DNA of 64,000 nucleotides from Dudresnaya verticillata (Eukaryota), in the NCBI GenBank assembly GCA_977862235.1, contig OZ374560.1, positions 992,001-1,056,000 on the forward strand, given 5' to 3'. The notes beneath the pieces are model-generated. The model was not told the origin of the DNA and searched no databases. It saw only the letters and a list, made by a program, of their open reading frames with translations. The position numbers and the translations under genes were made by a program. Below are positions 49,772 through 62,954 of this stretch, in pieces; the first letter of the stretch is position 1; each line of letters begins with the position of its first letter.

Positions 49772-51956
49772 TTAGGGCGGGTGTCCTGTGGTCCCACGGC
49801 AGTGGGTGTCGTTGTCGTTGGAAGCAGGGTGAGGTAGCGGCGCTTCGTGGTTGGATCGGGGGTCGGAGGCAGCTGCACGTCCATATTATCGGGGCAGACT
49901 GTGGCGTCGGGGGTTGCAGGTTGGGTAGACGGTGGAGAGGTCGGCACGGGATCCCAATGGAAGGCATGGATCACATGGGGGCGGTCGGGGCGTGTGCGGA
50001 GACCGAGAGCTTCATCCATCCCATCACGGTTGATTCGGGCCTGGAGCCTTTGCCGAACAGGGGGATGGGCTAGGGCGAGTGTGCGAAGTTGTTGCTGAAA
50101 CCACAGGGCCGTGGGAGAGTGTGGGGTGAGCTTTCCATTGCGCCACCATCGGGTGGCGACCGCAAGAACATGGGCATCAGGCGTTGTCGTGGTAGAGGAA
50201 GCAGCGGGAGGGGTCAAGGGATCGAAGTCAGCAGGTACAGGGCTCATGAACCTGTTCAAACGCGTTCGTACCAGTTCGCTGGCACTTTCTGCGTGCACTA
50301 ACGCAACAACAAACGGAGCGGTAGTGCTTTGGTACGATATATTCCGTAGCCCACGGCGGTTCCCTTCCATGACGTCGTGTGGGACACAGCGTTGCAGATC
50401 GCTGAGGCGCACCCACTTGTCATAGTGGAAGTAGGAGACAGTCAAAGAGCTGTGGAGTTCCCACGAGGTTGTGATTGGGCGGGCGTCCGATGGATAGAGG
50501 CGGTGGAGATCTTGCATGGTTTCGGGGGTGGAGAAGGTGCAACGACAGTGCGAGCGGCGTCGAGGAACGTCGGCGGGGTGGTGGGTGGGCCAGGCGGTGG
50601 ATGTGCGGCGAACTGCGGATGCGGTGGCTTAGCGGCCAAGTCGGCAACTGTATCGGCGTCGCCGCCGTCGGCGGTAGAGCTTGATGGACGTACGTAAACG
50701 GAGGGAGAACGTGCTAAGCGAGCATTGATGAGGGAAGCCAGAGACTCCGTTTGCTGCTTCGCAATGCGGGATGCCTCTTCACGCGTCTGACGGGCATTGC
50801 CATTGATTTGCGTTGAGAGGCGATTTGACACGCCCTCAAGCTTCTCGTGTAAATCTGTAGCAGTGTCGGTGATTCGGGAAGAGAGAGCGTTTTGCGTTTG
50901 GTCCAGGTTTGCCTCGAGAGCAGACATGCGGTCGCGCTGGGCTGAGAGCTCGTGGCGGGTCTCCAGGAGGCCTGTCTTCTGGCGTTCGATCGAGGCCTCG
51001 AGGGACGCGATGGCCATGTCAGTGGCACGGGCCCGTAAATCGTTACGGGGGGCCGCGCGCGGCTTCTCCAGGAGTTTGGACATGTGTGCTGCTGTGTGCC
51101 GGAGTGCGGCACCGATGCGGAGGGTTTGTAGGAGCGGGGCGTCGCGGAGAACAGAATGACAGAGCTCACAGGAAAGGGCCGAACCGTTGGCGAGGAGGAA
51201 TAGTGTGGACGGATGAGGGGTGGCACAGCCGGGGCAGACACAGAAAGGGACGGTTTCGGGGCTGAACAGGTCGGGCTCAAGCTGAGCGGCAAATTTGGTA
51301 AGGTTGGCAAGCGACTGGGACTCCAAGGCGACAGGGTCGGGGTCGCGATTGGCTGCTGCAATGTCGGTGCCACAGACTGCGCTGGCGGCTCCGGGATGGG
51401 GGTTTGCGGCTTGAGGCTCAGCAAATTGCTGGGTGGTAGCAGTCCGGCTAGGAGGGGGGTCGGCGGGACGAATTGTGTGACAAGGTTCTCTCGTTCCCAA
51501 AGTGATAGGCCAGGGGCAGTGTCTGCCTGCAGGATACATACATTGCGTGACAATCGGTCCGGCAGGAGTTGGGCACGTGGAGGCAGGTGTGAGATCGGGC
51601 GGACAGGATGTGCTTGAGCCAGTAACCGGATCGACAGCGAGGTAGCCGGGGCAGAATCGACGACGATGGAGGGGGTGGCGGACGGGGCAAGGGTCTCGTC
51701 GGTGACGATGGCGGTGTGGGCACGGGTGGAGTCAAGGGCAGCCACAGCGGCAGAGGAGATGGTGCGGGCAGCGGTGGCGGATCGTGGGTGCGTGGGGATG
51801 CTGGTAGGGGCAGGAGCAGAAGAGGCTTGCCTGGTCACGACAGTGGGTTGGGTTGCGGTGGTGGGGCGCTGCGAGCAGGGGATGGCTTGAGAGAGCGAGC
51901 AGCTGCGAGGAGCTCTCCGAGCGCCAAGGCGCCTCGTGCTCTGTGCTAGCGGTCAA
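49768..51956 (-). pseudogene. LINE ORF1, frameshifted (Pro/Ala-rich N-terminus, Cys cluster, coiled coil)
   Basis: Overlapping ORFs 51838-50714, 51539-50442 and 50517-49768; CVCPGC...CELCH followed by a heptad-rich segment; directly upstream of ORF2. Confidence 0.75.
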
Positions 51957-51986
51957 GTCGGCAACGGAAGTGCTTGAAACACGTCA

Positions 51987-53467
51987 AAAGGCGCTTAAAA
52001 ACAACACAGGATTGTGCTGTCGAGATAGAAAAAGAGGAAGTTTGAGAGCATCGAAGAAATGTTCACCATAGTGGCCGTCATTGTCATCCAAGTGCTTCCT
52101 CTGCATAGCCATGTAGAACAAACTGCTGTTCACTCCCATAGACATCGCAGAGCCAACCAATGGTAATGTAAGGGTTGGTCTGGCAGCCTTGGCGGTTGAT
52201 TCCAGAGCATTTCTGTTGATTCGAGCCATTTCCAGCTGATCAACGTAGTACTCTTCTCGAGCCTGAGACCTGAATCCAACGGGAAGTTTCCTTGTGAACT
52301 TGTGAGAAGGAATGTTTGGTGACTTTGCATTCAACGAGTCATGCCGCTCCTCCAACGCCCACTTCCATGCCTTCAAAGACTGCTCGTCAAAGAAGGACTT
52401 GTACTTGTTGATCGGGTCGAGCAGAGGGTTCGCCACAATGTAAGGGGACGCGGATATTGTGACTTTCCGTTCAGGTATGTTCACAACTGCTCTCCTGAAA
52501 TAACTTGGAGGAGTGTTGGGGGCTTTGGGTCTAGTCATTGAAGGTGGCTGCCGTTTGCGTGCAACTTCTACAGGACGGGCCGTACCGCTACCATTTTCTT
52601 CCTCTTCTGTAGTCTTACGCATCTGCAGTAAGCGACCGTCCCCATCCGCCCGGAGTAGTACCGTTGCAGTAGCCTTCCTTTTCACTACAGTAGGAGTAGA
52701 ACCACCCGGTACTGCGAAACCTCTTTCTTCTGCTCCCAGAGAAGGCGCAGCTTCCTCTAAGATACTACTATCTTCTACTGCTTCAAAAACAGCATGAGGA
52801 CGAGGAAAACTGACCCTTCTTGGCGTAGTATGCGACGCGGATCCAGTAGTGCCCGGGGTGTGGGTTTGTGTGCGAGCTGCAGAATAGGTCATGAAGGAGG
52901 GTTCTCGTAGAATGGATTTGACATGAGCAGCAGCAGTAGTTGTCTACTGACCAGCAGGAGTGGTCGGTGCTTCTAAATATTCAGTATCGACGTTTTGCGT
53001 TGGTCGTGTTGTGTGGGGGGAGACGGCTCGCGTATACCATCATATGATGGATTGCGGGATGAGTATTTGAAGCTGTTTGAGCCACTTCTTGGCACAGTAT
53101 TGATATCAAGAGTACCAGATGATTCAGGATGGGCACGCGGAGCAGAATCAAGAGTCTCACGAGCTCCTGATGTGTTATGTCGTGGGATCGAGCGGGTGGT
53201 CATATTCGCATTTCCATCAACCCGAGGGGAAACAGGTGTACTCTTTCCGACGTGTAGCAGTCCTCTACGTCTTACATTCCTTGCCTGAGTATGTGCGGAG
53301 GAACTCCCCGGGGTACTACTATTAAGATTATTGGTAGGTCGAACCTCTGAATCTGTGGGGGCATCAACTGCACGTGTGTCTTCGTTCAGCAACGACGGAC
53401 CGCCCTGGTCCGTCACGGTCTCCTCCACACACCCATAACTGTCACCCTCTTCCATTGGCTCACCCAC
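51987..53467 (-). pseudogene. Unknown protein (low-complexity N-terminus, then a more ordered region), disrupted
   Basis: ORFs 53467-52973 and 52892-51984 on the same strand; no recognisable motif. Confidence 0.4.
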
Positions 53468-53469
53468 AT

Positions 53470-55295
53470 TCAGGCGCTAGCTAGCGGCCTCGGCGTGCGC
53501 GTACGCGTCGCACGAGAACTCGGGACACGTTTTGTCCCGAGGCGCGTCTGATAAGTTCCGTCCGTCATGCAGCCGCGCGTCTGACAGAGTCATGCGTAGC
53601 TCGCCACGTGAGCGCTTGCACGTAAAGTTGGATGTATTTCCTTACAACCGCACGCGTTCTGTAGAGCCTGCGATCTTGATTCATACCAATCCCGATGCAA
53701 TCTGGATTCGTGCCAGCCGTGCGGATACGCCAGGCTTACAGGGGCGTGCCTTACACTTCTCGATCCCGATGTCTGTTCTCGATGCGGGATCCCGATTCAA
53801 TCCGGATTCGGGTGAAGCTTACAGCGGACGTTCCCGCCACTGTGCCACGCGCGTACTCGTGGCGCCGTACAGTGCTGCGGCGTCGGGCGCGCGGTCTGTA
53901 CGCCAATGAGCCGTTCTGGCCCGGGTGGCCAGCGGCATGCGTCCGTGACGTTGTGGTATAGACGCTGTGCGCAAAACGACTCCGTGGTCTACGTGAAAAT
54001 AATCGAGAAATACGAATTTCGAAGTGATTCCCTGAATGCGCACGCCACGATGGCAAACATATTACAGTGTGCACGCCATACGAAGTCGCTGACACCCCCG
54101 GACGAATTCCGAGCTGACTTCGTGATCGCGCGCGCCACGATGGGAATCCGCATTACAGTGCGCACCCGATACGAAATCGCTGACAACTTCGTGGTTCTCC
54201 CGTTGTTCCCCGCGCGTAACGGCTGCGATGCCCACGACGCGTGTTCCGTATGCATTGCTGGCGCACTTCGTAGCCGCCACCATTCGTGAGACGACCGTTC
54301 GTTGGCACCGAGGCCGTTACGAATCACTCGAGTACGAACCGTCTCCCGCGTTGACGTGTATTAGTGATCACGTAGTAGTACTAAGCCAGTCGTCTGGCAC
54401 AACCGCCGAGGGTGTCCAGCAAGCGACTAGCGCCCGGACCTCGGAGTCTTCGGTAAACGCCTGTTTCTTAGAGTTCGGTGTCTTCGTCTTCGTGACCGCG
54501 GAACGGTCGAGCCCCGCTTTCGATAGCCCCGCACACCCGGAGTCATCCCCGGTGATCGATCGCTCGAGTTCTCCCTTCCGCGCACGAATACGTTGAAACC
54601 GCGGTCCTTCGTGTTGGTCGCTCCGCTCTACCACGCTACCACCCCTTCCTCTCTCCGTTTTACCTTAGGCGACGAGGCCACACGTTAGGCTCCGAGGCCA
54701 TTCCTTACAGTGCGAGACCTCCCCGCGTCTCCGTGGACATTCGTTACACCACAGACGTGTTTCCGCCAAGGGCGGGTTTAGCGCGCCGTTGGCGGTTGCC
54801 CGTCGGTAGACGCGTACTTTGTCGATTTGGACCCATCTGTGTCGTAGAGTCGCACTGTAAGATACCTTACAGTGCTCCCGTCATCGGCGACCACCGCGCC
54901 GTCCGCGCGCGAGGCGCGCGCCCGACTGCAACTGGCTGGGCTACTTCAAGCCCCGCTGACCACTGCAGACCACCCCCCACTCCTCTCTGTACGATCGAAG
55001 TAGAAGAGTAAGCAGCGTTGATGAGAACGTCCGTTGCGTCAGCCGCAGTGGTCTGCCGTAGCCCTCTTCCCTTGCTTCGATAAACCTCGCCCGTCTGTCT
55101 CACCCGCTCGCTCCGCTCGCACCCCACTTCGCCCCGCTGGCGCCCCTCTCTCCGCGTTCCGCGAACCTGCGCGCCGTTCCCGCAGAGCGGTGATTGTACA
55201 CCACTCTCACTCCGAGCGCGCGTGTCGACCGGCTACGGACGACATACTTATCAACCCCCTCAGAGCGAAAGGAGGGACCCACCTCTGACACTACA
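53470..55295 (-). repeat. Diverged LTR related to the Gypsy A LTR, interrupted by a solo LTR; left end approximate
   Basis: Shared blocks CATGCAGCCG, GATCCCGATGTC, AAGCTTAC, CCGTCGGTAGACG, CTCAGAGCGAAA; ends in ...CACTACA. Confidence 0.6.
53952..54753. repeat. Solo LTR (802 bp)
   Basis: TGTGGT...ACCACA termini and perfect TSD GACGT (53947-53951 and 54754-54758). Confidence 0.88.
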
Positions 55296-55510
55296 CACTA
55301 CACATAAAATGGACGTAGAAATTACACGAGAGTGTCGTCACACGCGTACGCGTGGGTGGCACAGCGCACTGACTTACAGCGCCAGCGGGGCTTCGGCGCC
55401 ACCGGCTGACAGCGTGCGCACAGAGCGGCTGGTCTTACAGCCGCGTGCGCGGCGCAGCTGGTCTTACAGCTGCGCATGCGTGGCACCGCCAGTCTTACAG
55501 CTATGCCACA
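55296..55510 (-). repeat. Terminal fragment of an LTR of the same family as 39532-40367
   Basis: Matches 40160-40367, including GGGGCTTCGGCGCCACCGGCT and the end CTTACAGCTATGCCACA. Confidence 0.85.
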
Positions 55511-56941
55511 CGAAGAGAGCGCGCGTCTGCCCACACGGCGCGGCATGCGCACCAGAAGCTACAACCTCCCTGATGATGACAAGGTCTTACGCTGCGGAAA
55601 ATCTCGAATGTCGGCCACTCTTCACCTTGCGCTCGTCGCAGTTGCTTGAGGGGAACACACTAGGTGTCGGCTGAGTACAGGGCGCTTTGTCGGGTGTCGC
55701 GGGCACAACTGTCGCCATCTCGTTGTGGTACAACTGCTTGAGGGTGGCGGAGAGAGGGGTGCGGCGAGGTGCACGCGCTTTTCACAAGTTGTGGGCCGCC
55801 TGCAGACTTCCCGCGAAACAAATGGACATCTGCTCTCAAATCAATACACACGGCTCTTCACTAACGGAGCAGTTTTGAGCATCCCTTGTTGGAATGCAGC
55901 ACCAGGTGTGCCCGACGACAGAAGAATTAAAATCAAATGGTAGTGTATAGTTGCGTTAAGTAAGGGATATACTACGACTGTTCATGTTGGCTAAAACAAC
56001 CCGCAATTAGAAGTAGGGAAATAGGATAGTATTGACTAGCAAACGAAAGCGCATATAAGCCGCCGCCTCGTGCCGCGACTTGCGCTAAAGAAGTAGAACA
56101 AAAACCAACAGTTAAGGCAGCGTGTCTCAAAATCAGGAAGCCACACAATACGCCCAATTCGACTGGCGTGTGTGACATCCCCCCTTTTCTTTTTTGACGA
56201 CATTCATGAATTTTCGTCAACAAACACCATCATCTCAGTAACCTCTACTAACCACAAAAACTCTGTAATCGACAATCATAGCTCTGTCTCACAGTTGAAA
56301 TTGATCCTGATTGATCATTTCACTGTGTGACATCTCATACTGCCATTAATTAGCTTGTCGTTTAGTAGAGTCAAAACTAAGTTTATTACTGCAACTATCT
56401 CCAACAGCTATAAGCACTACTTGACACAGTTCGACTAACCAAGAATCTCAAGCTCACAGTGGCAATCGTCAAACGAGCAGCGAATGACCCAGAAGTCTGT
56501 GGTGCAACGGCAAGGGGGCCAACGAAAGGAAGCAACTCGACGGGCCAACTGTACGATCGGCCCAACCAAACGAAGACACTTGGCCAATGAAGTCGTGACG
56601 TCGGCGCCCGGACGGCGGTGAGCGCGCGCAAGTATGAAACGTGGGCACCGATTGTACACGTGGCTCACACGTGGCCACCTACGACACCCAAGCGCACCAC
56701 GTGTCCCGCTGTACACGTATGATCGGATCTGGAGTCAAGCGCAAAGAGGAAAATCGATTTGGCCGCAAACGAAATCCAGGGGAAGACAGCGGAAAAATGA
56801 AGGGAAAATCTCACTCATCTGGCCAACAAGTAACACACAAGTACTTGATTTAGTATGGTAAGGGCATCACATTGGCCCGACGCCGGAATGCAAGTCGATA
56901 TTATTACCGACGGGGAGTAACCTTGGCCACTAACTATAGAA

Positions 56942-57779
56942 TGTGGTGCAACACCCGAAGACAACGGGGATTGCCCCTGACGGTGTTCGAACGGTCTCCC
57001 GCCAGGTAGTAGCAGACACCACGCGATAAGCCGGGCATCGGCAGCTGGGTAGAGCAGATGAGGCACGGGGTGTGCCCCGGGTGGTTGAGACGTGGACGGG
57101 GTCGACTGTAAACCCCCGACCCACGTAGAAGTGCTGCAGTGCACGTAGGACGGCAAAGGCGGTTATGCCGGTGAATGCCGTGAATACAAGCAACGGAACA
57201 GGGTGCGTAGGCCCAGGCCGCACACGGTGCTGTCATCGGGAGCAAAGTTGGGGGTATCCTCAGGTCCCAAAGCCAGCTTGGCGCTTTATTGCCAAGGGGG
57301 TTCACCCCGTATACTATGTAGCCCCCGCGGGAGGTGCGCGTTCGTGGGTGGCGCCGTGCGCCTGACACTTGGCATGCGCGCGCACCGTGAGCTGACTAAA
57401 ATATCACCCAAAATATCTAGCGTAAAAATAGTAATATCGCAGTGTAACCAGTATAAACTAATGGTGCGCATTGCTGGCGCGCACCCGAGCGAGGACTCCC
57501 TCGGATATATTCGTCGCGCGTGTCGCTCGTGTACACGTGGATTCGTGTCACCCGTGGGTGCTGTTGGGGCATACTGTACGGGCGCACGCACACGGTGCCA
57601 AGGGCGCGTTACCTATTGGCCGGATCTCGCGCGCCGCATACGCGCACAGGCCCATTCAACCCGCCGGTTATCGGCGTATGCTCCGTTCGCGGTTGAGCCG
57701 CGTGTGCCGTCGTCCGCTCACCGCGCGAGCGGGTGTAGCGATATAAAAACGGGGCTTATCCCCGGGGTCTTCCACCACA
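56942..57779 (-). repeat. 3' LTR (838 bp) of truncated Gypsy C
   Basis: Starts TGTGGTGCAA as in Gypsy A, ends CCACCACA, followed by TCGCCCCCCTC (minus-strand PPT). Confidence 0.8.
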
Positions 57780-58113
57780 TCGCCCCCCTCTTTAGAGCGA
57801 AACCCGCTGTGCCGACCCACTGACTCCGGGAGCAGTCTCAACCTTGCGGAGGCTTCTCCGTTGTTTCTGCGTAGCAACACCCCCGCAGTCGACGCGACGG
57901 CTTACTGTTGTACTGACCGCGGTTCTCCGCTTCCCTGTTTGTGCGCGTGAGCACCCCCGTTTCTGTGTGTGGCAACTCCTGCTACGCTTCGCGGTACCCC
58001 GCTTTCCAAAGTCGCAACGTGTACGGCGCAGTGTGCGCGCGTAGGTTTGCTTCTTCCAGACTTGCCTAGGGGTCTGGCCCCATTCATTCTCCGCGGCTGT
58101 CTGCTTCACCGTC

Positions 58114-60022
58114 ATGAGTCCCCTGCAGCCTGCAGGGGGTAACCCTATTCCTGAAGAAGACTTCTCCGACATTCAACCAAACGTGCCGTTGGCGGCGTCT
58201 TCTATCGCTCCCACGGGGGTTACCCCGGTTACTCAACACCCGCCCTCTGTGGGGCTCGGAGCGGGCGGGCTGCCACCTATCCCGCGGGTGCCAACTAGTT
58301 CGGTGCCGCCGTCCTCGGGTGCGCTTTTGTGGTCACCGTCACCGATTCGCGCGTCTTCCCCCATGTCGCTAACGGCGCCGATGCTGAACGAGACGGGGCG
58401 TACCCCGGAAGCGCATTCGCAGCCGTCGTCGGCGACGTATGGCGCGGCGTCATTGTCAGGGTTTGTCCCCTTTCCAATTGCGCCCGCTCCGGCGTCCATC
58501 GAATATCCCCGGCCGGCGGAGTTCGTCGGCGTAGATGTGGCGCAGGAGCTCGACCTATTCGCTCGCTCCCCGTGGTTGCACCCACGTGACTGCCACTCCA
58601 TGGATATCATCGTTCGTTATGTGCTCGGGGGTTGCCTTCCTGGGGGCCTTCCCGTTGAGGTCCTTGCGACGGAAGATTGGAGGTTGCACGGGGCAATTCC
58701 CATTCATCACCTTAACGATACGCATCGATCGTTGGACGCGGTTTTTCGTGCGTGGGTTCGTCTGGTGTATGGACGTCATACACGCACTCTTGGTCGTGGA
58801 ATAATCGCGCCGGACTTCGGCATGGACTACGTGGTATACCGTACCAATGGAGAAGTCGATTACGTCTGATATCTTGCCGACTTCGATATACCATTGTCAT
58901 GGCGCGGGCGTGAGCCGCAAGTGTCACAGTCGGCATTGCTGCTGGATGTGCCACTCCGGAATGAATTTCGCTGCTTGCGCAAACACGGCAGTGCCTTCTG
59001 GGACAAAATCCGCTTCGAGAGACGTGGACGTTCTCGTTTAGGCATTTTTGTCCCGTATCCTCACGTCGAGGCGTCCCTATTCCGAATGACGTACGGCCGT
59101 CGGTATTACGTTGGCATCCCGCTTGCCTCAGCGTTCGTCGAGACGTGCGAGGGATTCCTCGTGGAGCTGCCCAACGTATTTGGGTATTGCATGAGCGAGT
59201 TTTTGCGCGACCCGAACACGGGGTTATGGACAGTGGCCTACACCGATTTCGTTGCCTAGATTGCCATGCATTGTCTTTGGGAAACGTACGACACCCTACG
59301 CCTGTGGTTCTTACCCCCGACGGTGACGTCGCTCCTGGATGAGTAGGTTCTCCGCACTGTGCTCGGGGGTCAGAGTAATGACGACGAACTCCGCAGGTTA
59401 CTGCGATCCCATAGTACCATAGACTGGAATGCCCCCGCGGTGGTGCCGCTGACGAACCACAAACGCAGTGTGCACACGCAGTAATCTGCGGCGCAATTTC
59501 TCGCCGGGTAGACGTCATCCCATTTGTGGGGATTTCGTCTGGTATGCCCCGTGGCGACTCCAGCTCGTTGGCGAACAAGAAGCGTGGTTTCACCACGAGA
59601 ATCCCATGCAGATACCGGGCTGACTACCCATGTGGGTACCTCTATGACACCATGGAGCGGGGCGTCGATGAGGAAGAGAGCGGAGGTTTCTCCGGTGCTA
59701 ACGTCGTACACCCGTCGATTCTCAACTTTCCTGCTCCACCGGTGTGACACCGGCATCATACGCCGACTTAGACGGCCCACGTTCCCGTGCCCAGCACGAG
59801 TTGCGTGCGGGTGCTAAGTCAGTGAGTAGGGTCGGTACGCCGCAAGGCGCACATGCGTCGTCAGCGAAGAGGACTTCGGGTTCAATTGGCCCTCCTTCGA
59901 TGCCTATGCTCACTCCTCCTTCTGTTGCCACCAATGGCTTCAACGCCGACAATCCTGGGCCAACCCGACTTGCCATGGCTGACTTCTTGCGACGTTCGGG
60001 GATTGACCTCGGTTTAAACTAA
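58114..60022 (+). pseudogene. Antisense accessory ORF of Gypsy C, homolog of 9605-11963, with multiple stops
   Basis: DLFARSPW, GCLPGGLP, EDWRLHGAIP, YRTNGEVDY, ETCEGF, SEFLRDP, WETYDT and IDWNAPAVVPL all match the Gypsy A extra ORF. Confidence 0.85.
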
Positions 60023-61731
60023 TCTGAGCGCGAACTACGCGAGCGACTTCAGGAAATTCTCGCGGCGTCCCCGCTTGGCATGAACAGCGCGGCTCCCAGT
60101 GGGGCTGTCGTGGAAAGGACTGCGGAGGTAAAACACTGGTTTCCCGCGTTTCAGAATGTACTTTCAAAAACGGATTGAAATAAAAACCCTTCCACAGTAC
60201 ATGCGTTGGAAAGCGGGGCGTCCCTGAGCACGCTGGTGCAAAAGGAGTAGAGAACTAAGTAATAGTTCGCGAGTTATGTTGGTTGGCGTGCCAACCCGAC
60301 AGTGAGTCTGAAATAATAAATTTTTGTGTAATTTCTGAGATTTTTTAATTCGGATTTTGAGGTAACCTAGGCTACTTCCATGGGCCCCTAACCGAGCAGT
60401 ATACGCTGCCCCAACAGTGCAGAGCTACTCCTCAGTTCAATGCCGCTCTCCCCATGACATGCAGAGTACTGCAGGACTGTCATGAATTCCCTTCCCGGAC
60501 TCACTCCGAGGCAACTTCGGGCATTCGTCAGCTGGAAACTGTACGCAACCTCTCTACTGCCATGCACTCTCTGCTCTTCCCTAGGCTTCAGGACTTGCTC
60601 TGCGCAGTCGCATTCGCCCGCTACACTCTCCATCCTCACCGACACATCGGCTCGTTGTCCTCCGCGACAACCAAAAACCCCACCCGAGTATTGTAATCCC
60701 TGTTTCACCAACGTTACAGCGTGTGCTGCACAGTGCGACGGCATTCATGTAGCGCTCTCCGCCATCCTCTCCGTCGGCCTACTCCATGTGGTTTGTACTT
60801 GGCTCCGGTACTGAATTTTGCTCCACATTGCCGTGAATTCGCCGTGGTCATAAGTTAGACTTCGTTCCCCGCTACGGACACCTCGTACTTCACCCGTGCA
60901 GTTCCCTATACATGTAGCGAGCTTCAGCTCTCCAGACACCCCGATAACGCCCATTTCTAGCCGTGCACTTGAACCAACTTCGAAAGTGCACTCAAAGCCG
61001 TCTCCCGTAGTAAGTAGTCCACACCACGATTCCTTACTTGCGCCCGTTCCCCTCTTCAAGAGCCTCAGCATGATAAACATACACAACAACCGCTCCTGTA
61101 CTCACTTTATTTGTAACTAACACTCCTCAACTGCCTTTACCCTAAACCTCAGTCCACTTCAGACTCCGGGTCTTCTTCATCGACTTCCACCGCCCACCAC
61201 CGAACAAGACCAGTATTCCCTCCAGCACCACCTTCACCGCCTCCCCAACTGCAACAGCATCCGCAATCATGACCCGTGCTCTCTCCACCAAGTCCAGATG
61301 AAGCCATATGGCGTCACTGGTATGAGGCATGGCTCGCGCCCGAGCTTCTTCTAGCTCGGAGAGCAGTCTCCGCACCTCCAGCACCTACGTTTCCGGTGCT
61401 TCACCGCAACGCTCCATCTAAATCGTCTCCACCAACCCTCAAACCGACACTGTACCTCTCACTTTTATAGACGGAACCGGGCACCATTCTGAAGTTTAGT
61501 CGACCTCGTTTACACCAACTCTGCACATCTTTTCCCTATGGCGACACCGTTGCAACGTCGGGAATCGTTAGCATGCAAACCGTTCTTGGTCCGTAGTTTT
61601 TATTCTGTTTGCGGACGCGACGAATCCCAATCTATGGGAGTACCTGGTGGAGGAATATTCACAATGTTCATCCTTGAGATTCTGCGCTTCTCTTCATGGA
61701 CTTTGCGAACTGCTGTCTCATACTGTCGAAG

Positions 61732-62238
61732 TTATCGTGCTGACATCTTATCCATGTCTATAAGCAGAGGGTTGGGAGCCATCTCACGCAGCTTCTGCAT
61801 TCCTCTTTCCCTCGCATCCCTGAGGAAGTTACTCAATGCGAAATCTTGCCCGCGCCCTGCAACATTGTATTTCGCTTCTTTCCCCATTACATCCGTCATG
61901 AAACTCTTGAAGACCGACCTGTCAAAGTGCTTCATGCCCAGCGTTTCTAGACCGATTATTTCCTTCCCTATGCTGCTGAAGTATATCAATATACTCTCTA
62001 ATCTTGCCGCTCCGAACCTTTTCACGATGTCCTTCGCACACGCCCCATCCTTGTACAAGTCGGCTACATCCAGGGACTCCATTTTCTGGCCCACTTCCAC
62101 CACATCAAATGTTACGTTCTGCAGCTCTGTCAGACATTGACGGTGTACAGCCGGGTTTCTGTGCTCCATTCTGTTCTTTTCGATAGTTCCATCCATTTGC
62201 CATGCACGATTCAAGTACAATGGCATGTAGTCCTGCAT
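61732..62238 (-). CDS. Hypothetical protein fragment
   Basis: 168-aa ORF with ordinary globular composition; no motif recognised. Confidence 0.3.
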   Translation of the reverse strand: MQDYMPLYLNRAWQMDGTIEKNRMEHRNPAVHRQCLTELQNVTFDVVEVGQKMESLDVADLYKDGACAKDIVKRFGAARLESILIYFSSIGKEIIGLETLGMKHFDRSVFKSFMTDVMGKEAKYNVAGRGQDFALSNFLRDARERGMQKLREMAPNPLLIDMDKMSAR

Positions 62239-62954
62239 AACGGAGCGTGAGCCACTTCCGAGACTCGATGAGGGGTGCTTCCTGTTCCAGCAGTCATCTC
62301 AATATCACGGTGGCGGGCTGTGGTCTTCATTATTGCTTCGTGCCGTAAACGGTCGTGAGAGATGTATTACAGGATCTATTGTTCCCGCTTCTCTCCACAA
62401 AGTATATGGGAGAGATACAGAACGCATCACATGAACCTGGGATTCGGATTGCCCACGTACTACTTCGCACGCGTCTTAGCACACGTTGTTGTCCTACCCA
62501 AATTTGATTGACGAGAATCGGAATCTCCCGTCCACCACCGTTTCGGTTGCACTCAAACTGTACGGTCGTCTCCTGGGCAGTTACAGGACGTAAAGACACG
62601 TATCTTTATTCCGTCGTTGAAAGAAAGCACACAGGATCCCCATGCGATATATAGTGTGATGCCGGTCTTCAAGGCCTAGACTATAGCGGTAGTCTGTGCG
62701 GTCAACGCGGGAAGGCTCACTTGCCACCTTGCACGCCTCTTCTGGGGTTTGACTAAGTTCTTGACTTCGCTCTACAATCCTTCACGGCCATCTAGGTAAT
62801 CACCTTCATATTCGGAATGGGTGGTGGGAAGTGAAAGTCGAGAGGTGCTGGACCTAAACATATTCCTCGATCGACACAGACCGCAAAAGCTCCATTCACC
62901 GACAAAATAGATGGTTCCGTCAACACAAGAGTAGAGCCCGCTTCCTGTATTCAA

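Larger units (their letters stand above)
46780..51986 (-). mobile_element. Near full-length LINE (APE-type non-LTR retrotransposon); ends approximate
   Basis: ORF1 followed by ORF2 (APE endonuclease plus RT); no clear poly(A) tail. Confidence 0.9.

Noticed and set aside
60100..61700. Continuation of Gypsy C or a host gene
   Set aside because: No pol or chromodomain motifs and only short unrecognised ORFs; left unannotated.
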